From: Candidatus Kapaibacterium sp.
GTDB taxonomy: Bacteria; Bacteroidota; Ignavibacteria; Kapaibacteriales; UBA2268
Assembly: GCA_963664875.1 (NCBI GenBank)
Contig: OY761611.1
Coordinates: 1,472,001-1,536,000 of the forward strand
Direction of reading: 5' to 3'
Length of the DNA: 64,000 nucleotides
Shown here: positions 42,735-51,981 of the stretch, one piece after another
Position numbering within the stretch: position 1 is the first letter of the stretch
Layout: each line of letters opens with the position of its first letter
Program-made: the position numbers and the translations under genes
The notes under the pieces: model-generated
What the model saw: the letters and a program-made list of their open reading frames with translations, nothing else
What the model was told of the DNA's origin: nothing
The model's database searches: none

Positions 42735-43871
42735 TTATTGCTTCTGCTTTTTAGTATAAATATACCCACCTATCACAGCCGTTGCAGGTGCCACCAAAAC
42801 CAAACCGAAACTGCCTACCATCGTCTGCAAGATTTCTGCAGCCACAAAGTTGATATTGAAAATACCTATCGCCGGAGTTCCTTTGGACATAAATACCATC
42901 AGAGTAAAAGCAAAACTTCCGGAATATGCAAAAAGCAAAGTGGTTGTCATAGTTCCTAAAACCGGATAAGCAATATGAAATCCGGATTTTATCAGCTGTC
43001 CCGTGCTCATATCCGGTTTCTGTTCTATCAGCTCATTTTGTGATGCAGCTATGTCCATAGCAACATCCATAACAGCTCCGGCTGAGGAAATAAAAATACC
43101 TGAAATGAAAATATCGGATAGTTTGGACATATCAAATCCGGAGAACAAAAGCAGTTCGGAAAATTCTTTTACTGTACCGGGTATTCGGAAAAAATGTCCA
43201 AAAACTATTGCCAGCACAGTAGTGATTGCCACACCGGAGAGCGCTCCTGTCAATGCAACAACGCCTTTTTTTGTAAATCCGCTAATCAGCATAATAATTA
43301 CAAAAGTTGTCAGAGCTACAACAGCAAATGAAGTAAGCAAAGGAGAATAACCGCTTAAAAACATAGGCACAAGTATTTTCCAAATTGCCAAAGCAGTAAA
43401 TACAAATGATAATAAAGCCTTTAAGCCTGTCCACTTTGCAAAACCTACGAGAAAAACTGCAAAAAGTACAAAAAGAATCACCTCTATGTCTATTCTATAC
43501 AAGTCATGTGCCCTTGCACTTATTATAGTATTTTTTTCTGCATCAATTCTAATGATCATTAGTACTTCATCACCTACCTCATAGAACTTATCCTGACTCA
43601 AATGACCTAGCATTATATTTTCGGCTTTGAGTTTTTGCCCCTCGTAGATGCCGTCCTTAATCAAGACAGTAAGCTCCTGAGTGCCACTAAGAGAAACTCC
43701 GTAGTGCTGGACATCTGAGTTGTCCACATCAAGAACTTCAGCTTTAACTCTTTCAGAATCTTTGTAAAATTGGTCATTTTCAAAACCAGTCGGCATCATA
43801 AAGAGCACTACACAAAAAATGGACACCACCAAAACAAAAGCAATATCAAGTTTATTTTTCAAAATTTTCAT
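42735..43871 (-). CDS. YibE/F family membrane protein
   Basis: GLKALLS, GAVMDVAMDIAAS, GTMTTTLLFAYSG, GSFGLVLVAP. Confidence 0.9.
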   Translation of the reverse strand: MKILKNKLDIAFVLVVSIFCVVLFMMPTGFENDQFYKDSERVKAEVLDVDNSDVQHYGVSLSGTQELTVLIKDGIYEGQKLKAENIMLGHLSQDKFYEVGDEVLMIIRIDAEKNTIISARAHDLYRIDIEVILFVLFAVFLVGFAKWTGLKALLSFVFTALAIWKILVPMFLSGYSPLLTSFAVVALTTFVIIMLISGFTKKGVVALTGALSGVAITTVLAIVFGHFFRIPGTVKEFSELLLFSGFDMSKLSDIFISGIFISSAGAVMDVAMDIAASQNELIEQKPDMSTGQLIKSGFHIAYPVLGTMTTTLLFAYSGSFAFTLMVFMSKGTPAIGIFNINFVAAEILQTMVGSFGLVLVAPATAVIGGYIYTKKQKQ

Positions 43872-43897
43872 TAGCCCACTTATTCAATTAGGTATTT

Positions 43898-43929
43898 AAA
43901 AAAAAGAGACGCAACTAAGTGCGCCCCTT
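43898..43929 (-). terminator. Terminator between phoA copy 1 and yibE/F
   Basis: Minus strand AAGGGGCGCA-CTTAGT-TGCGTCTCTT followed by a T-run. Confidence 0.6.
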
Positions 43930-43988
43930 GGAAATTAGTTCTTTTTTCTTCTTTTTTTGAGGTCATATAAGAAGTGCTTTAACTGTGT

Positions 43989-45485
43989 TTATTTCAAAGA
44001 ACCTATTGTCATGATTTTTTTTGCTACGTCAGTGTTATCATAAAAACCGCTAAATTCGTACTGACCCTGGCCAATAGCAAAAACAGGAACAGGCACACCT
44101 GTGTGGTAATAAGAAGTCCAATCGATACCTGCTTTTCTGTTTAGAATGTGAGTAACAGTAACAGTTAGAGGATCATAATAATCATAAAACAAGCTTTGAT
44201 CTTCTTTAGGGAATGGAGATTCTCCGGTTACTGTTTTATTAAACGCATTGCGTAGCTGATCTAATTCGTATTCAGAGAGTACAAGTGCTTCGTTCAAAGC
44301 AGAATTTCCCAAACCAAAGTATTCTTTGATTTTTTCAAGAGCAACGTCAAAAGTAAATGCTTCGCCCTGAGTTTCTATCCACTCATATACTTTTTCTGTA
44401 AATTTTTCGTAAGATATTTTCTGATATTTCAAAATATCAAATGCTGTTTCGTAAGCAGTATTGGCAAATCCCAAAGCCAAACCACCACACTCGTGGTCAC
44501 CTGTAACAATGATAAGGGTTTCGTCCGGGTGCTGTTTGTAGAAATCCAAAGCTTTGCCAAGTGCATCGTCGAAAGCAATCATATCATAAGCAGCAGCTAC
44601 AGCATCATTAGCGTGGCACGCCCAGTCTATTTTGCCGCCTTCTACCATCATGAAAAAGCCTTTGTCGTTATCAAGTATTTCGATACCTCTTTGAGTAAAC
44701 TCAGCAAGAGAAAGGTGATCGGCTGGTCTATCCATTTCATACCAAAGAGCACTTGAAGCATCTAAAGTATGGTTGTACGCCCAAACTTTTTCTCCGTTTT
44801 GGATAGCGTTAAAATCTGCACGGTTAGAAACAATTTTATAACCTTCATTCTGCATTTTTTGTTTGATATCTTTGTAACCATCTCCATCACGATCGCCATG
44901 AGCATAGCCACCACCATAGTAATCAAATTTAGCAGTTGCCATCTGAGCTGAAATATTGTACATACTTTTACGAGTGTTTTCATGTGCATAAAATGCAGCA
45001 GGAGTAGCATGGTCGATTGACACAGAAGAAACAATACCAACCCTCATGCCTTTGTCGCGAGCCATTTCAGCCATCGTTCTCAAATCTCTCGAATAATCAC
45101 CAGATTTTGAGATTGTGTTGATTGTTGTTTTTTCACCTGTCGCAAGAGCAGTTGCTGATGCTGCAGAGCCTGTGATGTATCTGTTTTCTGCGTGTGTTGT
45201 GGACATACCAATAATTGGTAATTCAGCAATTCTCATTTGTCCGATACCAACTGAAGATTTAGGTCTAAAATCCGGATCATTCAAAGCTGCCTGAGCTAAG
45301 TTAATCTGAGGTGTCGCCATACCGTCTCCGATAAAGAAGAAGATATACTTAGGTGTTTTGTAATCCAAAGGATTTTTAGCCGGATTACTTGATGTTTCAT
45401 CATCGTCGTCAGAGCACGATACCATCATAGATACGATTAAAGCCATCATAAGCACTCTAATCGAGCCTTGTAAGAACTTTTCCAT
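43989..45485 (-). CDS. phoA: Alkaline phosphatase (PhoA family) lipoprotein, copy 1
   Basis: Start MEKFL after GGAG; MMVSC lipobox; same catalytic motifs as copy 2. Confidence 0.9.
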   Translation of the reverse strand: MEKFLQGSIRVLMMALIVSMMVSCSDDDDETSSNPAKNPLDYKTPKYIFFFIGDGMATPQINLAQAALNDPDFRPKSSVGIGQMRIAELPIIGMSTTHAENRYITGSAASATALATGEKTTINTISKSGDYSRDLRTMAEMARDKGMRVGIVSSVSIDHATPAAFYAHENTRKSMYNISAQMATAKFDYYGGGYAHGDRDGDGYKDIKQKMQNEGYKIVSNRADFNAIQNGEKVWAYNHTLDASSALWYEMDRPADHLSLAEFTQRGIEILDNDKGFFMMVEGGKIDWACHANDAVAAAYDMIAFDDALGKALDFYKQHPDETLIIVTGDHECGGLALGFANTAYETAFDILKYQKISYEKFTEKVYEWIETQGEAFTFDVALEKIKEYFGLGNSALNEALVLSEYELDQLRNAFNKTVTGESPFPKEDQSLFYDYYDPLTVTVTHILNRKAGIDWTSYYHTGVPVPVFAIGQGQYEFSGFYDNTDVAKKIMTIGSLK

Positions 45486-45856
45486 AGTTACTCCCAATAG
45501 TAGAAATTGAATAAAATACAATTCAGATTTCTTCAAATGTAGAGCTATAGAATTAAGCCTTGTTAAATCTTAAATCAATTTCATTAACAAATGTATTTTT
45601 GCCGATAAAGAAGCTAAAAATGCCTCTACTCAGCGATTTCACAATAATATTTTGATGATTGTTTTAAATCTGAGAGAAGTTATCTAAATTGCAGTTAAAG
45701 TATGTAATTCATGCGGTCGGAATCGGTCAGTTTTGACCTGTTAGAAATGCAATTACTACTTCGTAATAGATTAGTTGCTGCTATATTTTTTGTAGTTTTG
45801 ATAGTCTGTTATACAACATACTTATGAATATTACTTTATAGTGTTATTTTTTCTGT

Positions 45857-46993
45857 GTGATTTTTATGATGAATATATTAGACATACGAAAAGAATTATA
45901 CCTCAAAGCTGAAATTTCAGGTGAAGAAGCAAACACAAACTCAACAATTGTAGATTTGCTCAAAATGTTTTATCCTGATAAAATAATCAATAATCTTAAC
46001 AATTCATATAGCTTAGCTTGTATCTTTAGAGGTAAGGAAGGAGGTAGCACTGTTTGCTTCAGGGCTGATATTGATGCTTTACCTATTGAAGATAAGCTTG
46101 ACAATTCAGGCAGCAAAAGGTCAATCTCGCATAAATGCGGTCATGATGGGCACACTGCAACATTGCTTGCATTTGCAGAAAAGCTAAAAGACAGAAATTT
46201 TAAGGGTACTGCGGTTTTGCTTTTCCAGGCAGAGGAAGAAACAGGTCAGGGTGCTGCAAAAGTCATGGCAGACAAAAGATTTCTTGATTTGAATATTGAT
46301 ATGTTTTATGCCTTCCATAATTTGCCGGGATTCCCTGAAAATGCACTTGTAGTTAGAGACGGCACTTTTGCTTCTGCTTCAAAAGGGATGATAATTGAAC
46401 TACAAGGTCAAACTTCACACGCATCTGAACCCGAGCTCGGCAATTCACCTGCACTTGCATTAACTGCATTGATTCACAATATGATAGCACTGCCACAAAG
46501 GAACACAAACTTTCATCAATCCAATTTGGTAACTATTATTTATGCTTCTTTAGGTGAAAAAGCATTTGGCACCTCACCCGGATTCGCAGAATTAAGAGCA
46601 ACACTCCGCTCCTCTTCAGAAATTGATATGAATGCAATGTGCAAAGATGCAGAACAGCTCGCTTTCGGCATATCAAAAACTTACGATTTGAAATGCAAAA
46701 TCTCCTATGAGGAAGAATTTCCTGCTACAGTAAACCACAAAATGGCGAATAATTCAATAAGAATTGCAGCCGAAAAGCTCAATTTGAGATTAATCGAAAA
46801 AGATACACCGTTTCCATGGTCAGAAGATTTTGGGCACTATCTGCAATATAAACCCGGCGCCTATTTCGGCATTGGAGCAGGACTCAATGCAAAAAACCTA
46901 CACCATCCGGAATATGAATTCAATGACCAAATCATAAAAACCGGAGTTGAAGTATTTTTTGAGCTTCTGCAATTAGAAAGCAGTAATTACTGA
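45857..46993 (+). CDS. M20D-family amidohydrolase
   Basis: RADIDALP, HKCGHDGH, EEETG, FHNLPG, SEDF, LHHP. Confidence 0.88.
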   Translation: MIFMMNILDIRKELYLKAEISGEEANTNSTIVDLLKMFYPDKIINNLNNSYSLACIFRGKEGGSTVCFRADIDALPIEDKLDNSGSKRSISHKCGHDGHTATLLAFAEKLKDRNFKGTAVLLFQAEEETGQGAAKVMADKRFLDLNIDMFYAFHNLPGFPENALVVRDGTFASASKGMIIELQGQTSHASEPELGNSPALALTALIHNMIALPQRNTNFHQSNLVTIIYASLGEKAFGTSPGFAELRATLRSSSEIDMNAMCKDAEQLAFGISKTYDLKCKISYEEEFPATVNHKMANNSIRIAAEKLNLRLIEKDTPFPWSEDFGHYLQYKPGAYFGIGAGLNAKNLHHPEYEFNDQIIKTGVEVFFELLQLESSNY

Positions 46994-46995
46994 AA

Positions 46996-47733
46996 CTAAA
47001 ATTTTAAGTACTCGTGCCATTTCAAGAACAACTCCCAGGTTGCATTTACATCCCTGAGGCAATACTCTGCTATAGTCTCTACTTCTCCTGCATAGTATAA
47101 CTGACCAACCATGGAGCCATCTACACCTTTTTCTTTAGGCGAGGTAATACCAAACACTCTTGTATAAAAATCAAAGTTGAATCTTTTAGTAGCAGCATAG
47201 GGCGATGGGCTGTAAAAAGTAAGTTCGTCAATCAAATCTATATGATTCGGATAATTGAATTTTGTACCTGCCATCAAATTTCTTGAAGGTCTTACTCTAA
47301 GTATAGCCGAGCGAAGCATCAAAAACGGTGCATCGAAGTTTCTGCCATTGAAAGAGATAAGCTGAGCATATTTATATTTGCTCAAAATCTTCCAGAAATC
47401 TTCCATAAGACGTTTTTCAGTGTAGATAAAGCATTTATTGCCGTCCGACATTATTCGCTCCTCAGGCTCATCTTTATCGTATCCCGGAGCGGTAGAAAAT
47501 GCGGCACAACTCTTTAGCTCCCAGCCTCCGGACTGATTTCTTTCCATAAGCTGCAAACCGATACAAACGACATGAGCGGTCAATGGCGAAAGCCCCATTT
47601 CAAACTTTTTCTGTTCTTTTTCATCGTCAGTTTCTGCATACCTCAAGATATATTCCTGCTGTGATTCTGAAAGAGTTTCCCATTCCACCGGTGAAGTTTC
47701 TATATCAAACACCAAATATTGTTCAGGTTTCAT
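46996..47733 (-). CDS. Stand-alone DEDDy 3'-5' exonuclease (PolB-exonuclease-like)
   Basis: ExoI FDIET, ExoII FNGRNFD, ExoIII YCLRD. Confidence 0.85.
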   Translation of the reverse strand: MKPEQYLVFDIETSPVEWETLSESQQEYILRYAETDDEKEQKKFEMGLSPLTAHVVCIGLQLMERNQSGGWELKSCAAFSTAPGYDKDEPEERIMSDGNKCFIYTEKRLMEDFWKILSKYKYAQLISFNGRNFDAPFLMLRSAILRVRPSRNLMAGTKFNYPNHIDLIDELTFYSPSPYAATKRFNFDFYTRVFGITSPKEKGVDGSMVGQLYYAGEVETIAEYCLRDVNATWELFLKWHEYLKF

Positions 47734-47807
47734 AGAATGCTCGCTTAGTATTAGTGCCTAAAAAATTGGAATCAAGCATATTTCGTACCAACTTATTTTT
47801 AATTATG

Positions 47808-48515
47808 TTAAAGTAGATTATTGGCTTTGAAACTGTAATAATCATTACCTGCAATTATTACATGATCAATCAGACTTATACCAATTATTTCACCGCTTTT
47901 TTGTAGTGTATTTGTAAGATTTATATCCTCCTGTGACGGCTCATTTTTTCCGGAAGGATGATTATGCATAACTATTATCGAAGCAGCATTTTCTGTAATT
48001 GCAGGTTTGAAAATCTCTCTCGGGTGCACAAGCACCTGATTGAGAATTCCTTTTGCTATATCTATTTCTCTGATAATTTTATTTGAAGTAGAAAGCAGCA
48101 GCACTTTGAAAACTTCTACTTCAAGGTTTCTCATTTTCGGCCCGAAAATCTCATATATTTGATCCGGACTTTTAATTGCAACCCGTTTGTCTATGGGAGC
48201 TGATTCTATTCTTCGCCCAAGTTCGAAAGCAGCAAGCAAAGTAATTGCTTTGACTGTACCTATGCCCCTTGTTTGTTTAATCTCGCCCAAAGTCTTTCCT
48301 GTAAGCTTATTGAGACCACCGTGCTTTTTCAGCATATCTTTTGCTGCATCCAATGCTGAAAACCCCGAAGCACCCGAACCTATAAGTATAGCAAGCAACT
48401 CACTTTCTGAAAGAGAAGCACTTCCGAACCTTACCAACTTTTCGCGAGGGCGATCATCTTCCTGCCATTCTTTGATCGAGAAATATCTGTTTTCAGCATC
48501 ATAGTTTTCGCTCAT
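47808..48515 (-). CDS. radC: RadC (JAB/MPN domain with HhH)
   Basis: RPREKL, LSESELLAIL, GIG, VHPREIF, HNHPSG..PS..D. Confidence 0.95.
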   Translation of the reverse strand: MSENYDAENRYFSIKEWQEDDRPREKLVRFGSASLSESELLAILIGSGASGFSALDAAKDMLKKHGGLNKLTGKTLGEIKQTRGIGTVKAITLLAAFELGRRIESAPIDKRVAIKSPDQIYEIFGPKMRNLEVEVFKVLLLSTSNKIIREIDIAKGILNQVLVHPREIFKPAITENAASIIVMHNHPSGKNEPSQEDINLTNTLQKSGEIIGISLIDHVIIAGNDYYSFKANNLL

Positions 48516-48837
48516 CGAGTACCTCCTCTATCCAGTTTGCATATTTATCATGCACTCTACTTACATCAGTAGCAATAATTTCCGGTACTTCGTAACTATG
48601 CATTCTCAGCACTTCGAGCCGAATCTTGTCAAACAGTATTTTTTTTGTTTTAATCATTAATAGTGACTCAGTCTCGTCACAAATTTTGCCTTTCCATTCG
48701 TATATAGAATTGATTTGAGGGAAAATAGAGCAGCACGCAGCTAATTTGTTTATTATTAGATAATTAGCTATGTTTTTTGCTTCGTCTCGATCTTTGCATG
48801 CAATATAAATAATTGATAAGTCAGTAATTTCTTTCAT
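48499..48837 (-). CDS. cutA: Divalent-cation tolerance protein CutA
   Basis: LAACC, SIYEWKG, IKT, HSYEVPEI. Confidence 0.93.
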   Translation of the reverse strand: MKEITDLSIIYIACKDRDEAKNIANYLIINKLAACCSIFPQINSIYEWKGKICDETESLLMIKTKKILFDKIRLEVLRMHSYEVPEIIATDVSRVHDKYANWIEEVLDERKL

Positions 48838-48893
48838 ATCTCGACCTATATTTGTAAATTATAAATCTATGTCGTATTAAGACAAAATCTATT

Positions 48894-49190
48894 ATGGTAG
48901 AATTACTAATATTTCACCTGCATATAGTTGCAGCGGTTTATGCTTTTGTCAAAAACTTTCAAAGCAGAACCATCAAAGATGCTTTCTTGTCGCTTGGCAT
49001 TATTGCACTTGTTTTTGCGATAGGATGGGCTCTTACAGGTACTTTGGCTTATTATATTTATCCCAAAGACTGGAATTCTATTTACTTTACAAGCGATTCT
49101 TTAGCGCTTGTGCTTTTGGTTATCCCTGAAGTATTATTTTTTAAACTTTTCTTCTTGCAGGATAAACCGGAATTGGACACTCAAGAATAA
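48894..49190 (+). CDS. Small membrane protein (about 3 TM helices)
   Basis: Three hydrophobic segments; TATATTTG element at 48847-48854; co-oriented with the GNAT gene. Confidence 0.65.
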   Translation: MVELLIFHLHIVAAVYAFVKNFQSRTIKDAFLSLGIIALVFAIGWALTGTLAYYIYPKDWNSIYFTSDSLALVLLVIPEVLFFKLFFLQDKPELDTQE

Positions 49191-49210
49191 TATAAATACA
49201 CGGTAAAGTT

Positions 49211-50338
49211 ATGAATATCAAAATAGAAAAATTGCAGGGCAAATCTGATACTAAAAAGTTTATCAAATGCCAACGCCAATTTTATGTAAACGAACCGAAC
49301 TTTGTTACTCCATTGATGTTAGATCAAATGGATGCATTGGATATTGAGAAAAATCCTTTTTATAAACATTCAAAAATTCAATTATTTATTGCTAAAAATG
49401 ACAATAAAATTGTAGGTAGAATTGCCGCTATTGTCAATGACAGGCACAATGAACTTCACAATGATGAAGTTGGATTTTTTGGTTTTTTTGAATGTATTGA
49501 TAATGTAGATGTAGCAAAAGCTCTCTTTGATTCCGCCGGAGAATGGCTAAAAGCAAACGGGAAAACGCAAATGCGTGGTCCGGCTAACCCTTCTCTCAAC
49601 GATACCTGTGGTGTGTTGGTCGAGGGGTTCGACAGCCCTCCTGTTGTGCTCATGCCATACAATCCAAAATACTATGACAAACTTATAAAAGATGCCGGTT
49701 TGCCAAAAGTAATGGATTTATTTGCTTATGACTTATGGGTGGCAAACTACCTAACTGAAAAAATGGAAAGAATGCAGGGTTTGCTCAGAGAAAGATATCA
49801 AATCACTACCAGAGACGTGAATTTCAAAGATAAAGAACAATTCCGAAAAGATGTTGACACTCTCAAAATGCTTTATAATGCTGCTTGGGAACCTAATTGG
49901 GGTTTTGTTAAAATGACTGACGAAGAGTTCGAGCATTTAGCAAAAGGACTCAAAATGATAGCAGAACCAACTCTGACTTTTATGGTAGAATCAAAAGGAA
50001 AAACTGTAGGTTTTGCACTTGGACTTTTGGATATAAATCAGGTACTAAAAAACAATCCGAGCGGTGCTACCATACCGGGAGTATGGCAATTGCTTACCAA
50101 AAGAAAGAAAATTGATAGTTTCAGAATTATTGTTTTAGGTGTGCTACCTGAATACCAAAAAACCGGAATTGATGCAATCATGTACTATGAATTCGGTATC
50201 AGATGCAGAAATCTCGGCATGAAACACGCAGAAGCCTCATGGATACTTGAAGACAACGTCATGATGAACAGAGCTCTGACTCAAACTCTAAACGGCAACC
50301 AGTATAAAACATATAGAATTTACGAACGCAACCTTTAA
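49211..50338 (+). CDS. YghO-like tandem GNAT acyltransferase (bacterial ceramide synthase-like)
   Basis: VGRIAA, GFFGFFEC, MRGP, MPYNPKYY, YNAAWEPNWGF, GVLPEYQKTG, SWILEDN, YKTYRIY. Confidence 0.7.
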   Translation: MNIKIEKLQGKSDTKKFIKCQRQFYVNEPNFVTPLMLDQMDALDIEKNPFYKHSKIQLFIAKNDNKIVGRIAAIVNDRHNELHNDEVGFFGFFECIDNVDVAKALFDSAGEWLKANGKTQMRGPANPSLNDTCGVLVEGFDSPPVVLMPYNPKYYDKLIKDAGLPKVMDLFAYDLWVANYLTEKMERMQGLLRERYQITTRDVNFKDKEQFRKDVDTLKMLYNAAWEPNWGFVKMTDEEFEHLAKGLKMIAEPTLTFMVESKGKTVGFALGLLDINQVLKNNPSGATIPGVWQLLTKRKKIDSFRIIVLGVLPEYQKTGIDAIMYYEFGIRCRNLGMKHAEASWILEDNVMMNRALTQTLNGNQYKTYRIYERNL

Positions 50339-50344
50339 AAACTC

Positions 50345-50387
50345 AAAATCCCGAATTGGCTATGAAGGCAAATTCGGGATTTTTTTT
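50345..50387. terminator. Probable bidirectional terminator
   Basis: AAAATCCCGAATT...AATTCGGGATTTT with a T-run, between convergent genes. Confidence 0.75.
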
Positions 50388-50409
50388 CTGGTTTTCTTCA
50401 GCTTCATTT

Positions 50410-51243
50410 CTACATTTCTTTTATGACAGCCTTAGTCAGTTTAACCAAATCAGGTTCTGCTACTGCTGCAAATTCTAATATTTCTTTGATATCAACCGGT
50501 TTTAAAGCATCAGGCAAACATTCATCAGTCATTACTGATAATCCCAGAACTTCCATACCCATTTGCACTGCAACAATATTTTCAGGAACGGTGCTCATAC
50601 CTATTACATCAGCTCCTATTGTACGTAGGAAACGATATTCGGCTCTTGTTTCTAATGAAGGTCCCGACATAGCAGCATAAACTCCCTTGTATAACGGAAT
50701 AGAGTTTTGCAATGCTGCCTTTTCTGCAATAGAAATCATACGTTTGGAATATGGTTCGCACATATCCACAAAGCGAGGTCCTAATCGCTCATCATTTACT
50801 CCGATTAGCGGATTATCGCCAAGAAGATTGATATGATCTTCGATTAGCATAATTCTCCCTTTTTTCCATTGAGGATTTAAGCATCCGCAAGCATTGGAGA
50901 TAATAATTTTATCCGCACCGAGAAACTTCATTACTCTCACAGGGAATGTAATCTGCTGCATAGAGTAACCTTCATAGTAATGGAAGCGACCTTGCATAGC
51001 TACGACGTTTTTACCCTCTACGGTGCCAAATATTAGCTTGCCTGCATGGCTTTCTACAGTAGATTCGGGAAAGTGAGGTATCTCTTTGTAATCAATTTCT
51101 GTTTCTATTTCGATTGCATTTTTTAGCTGACCGAGCCCTGTGCCCATAATGATTGCTACTTCAGGAACGATCTGAGTTTGAGAGCGAAGAAAACTGACAG
51201 CTTCTTCTATCTCAGCAATTATATTTTTATTGATTTTAGACAT
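50410..51243 (-). CDS. punA: Purine nucleoside phosphorylase (trimeric PunA/XapA type)
   Basis: Start MSKINK; GTGLG, HAG, QGRFHYYEGY, GPSLET, GMSTVPE. Confidence 0.9.
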   Translation of the reverse strand: MSKINKNIIAEIEEAVSFLRSQTQIVPEVAIIMGTGLGQLKNAIEIETEIDYKEIPHFPESTVESHAGKLIFGTVEGKNVVAMQGRFHYYEGYSMQQITFPVRVMKFLGADKIIISNACGCLNPQWKKGRIMLIEDHINLLGDNPLIGVNDERLGPRFVDMCEPYSKRMISIAEKAALQNSIPLYKGVYAAMSGPSLETRAEYRFLRTIGADVIGMSTVPENIVAVQMGMEVLGLSVMTDECLPDALKPVDIKEILEFAAVAEPDLVKLTKAVIKEM

Positions 51244-51247
51244 GATT

Positions 51248-51970
51248 TTACCTGTTAGCATAATAACGTTCACCAAAAATTGCCGTTCCTACTCTAACCA
51301 TAGTGGCACCTTCGTCAATTGCAATATCGAAGTCATGAGTCATTCCCATCGATAGGTGCTTAAGAGATAAACTAAGTTCTCTGTTTACTCTTTCCAATGA
51401 TTTTCGTAAGATTCCAAACTCGCCTCTTATGAGTCTCTCATCAGGCGAGAAAGTACCGATGGTCATAAGCCCACCAATGTTTAGATTTTCAATTTCCCCA
51501 ACCTCTCCTGCAAGGTCAACTATTGCATCCGGTTCTACTCCGCTTTTAGAGTCTTCGCCTGAAGTATTTACCTGAAGAAGAATTTCAACAGTCCTGTCAT
51601 CTTTCTCTGCCTGTTTGGAGATTTCTTCAGCAAGACGAAGAGAATCGACAGTATGAATCATATAAACATTCGGGAACAAATATTTTACCTTATTACGCTG
51701 CAAATGCCCTATAAAATGCCACTCCGGATGAGTCTTGCCCAAAGCATCAAATGCAGTAAGTTTATCCCTTACCTCTTGTGCGTAGTTTTCTCCAAAAACT
51801 GTCATCCCTGCTTCCATAGCATTAAAGTTCATTTCGACAGGATATGTTTTTGATACTGCCAAGATTTTAATATCTTCAAAATTTCTACCGGACTTTTCGC
51901 AAGCCTCGCGGGCTTTATCTGTTACAATTTTCCAATTCTCTTTTAGCATCTCTACCGGTAATACGTTCAT
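51248..51970 (-). CDS. yggS: PLP homeostasis protein YggS
   Basis: LAVSKT, FGENYAQE, WHFIGHLQRNK, LSMGM, VRVGTAIFGER. Confidence 0.95.
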   Translation of the reverse strand: MNVLPVEMLKENWKIVTDKAREACEKSGRNFEDIKILAVSKTYPVEMNFNAMEAGMTVFGENYAQEVRDKLTAFDALGKTHPEWHFIGHLQRNKVKYLFPNVYMIHTVDSLRLAEEISKQAEKDDRTVEILLQVNTSGEDSKSGVEPDAIVDLAGEVGEIENLNIGGLMTIGTFSPDERLIRGEFGILRKSLERVNRELSLSLKHLSMGMTHDFDIAIDEGATMVRVGTAIFGERYYANR

Positions 51971-51981
51971 TTCTCACCTTT

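Noticed and set aside
45550-45592. Pho box upstream of phoA copy 1
   Set aside because: TTAACA/TTAAGA-like words occur but without a clean 11-bp periodicity, and the region is very AT-rich.
47808-48515. radC as a marker of a mobile element
   Set aside because: It is the full-length HhH-containing chromosomal type among housekeeping genes.
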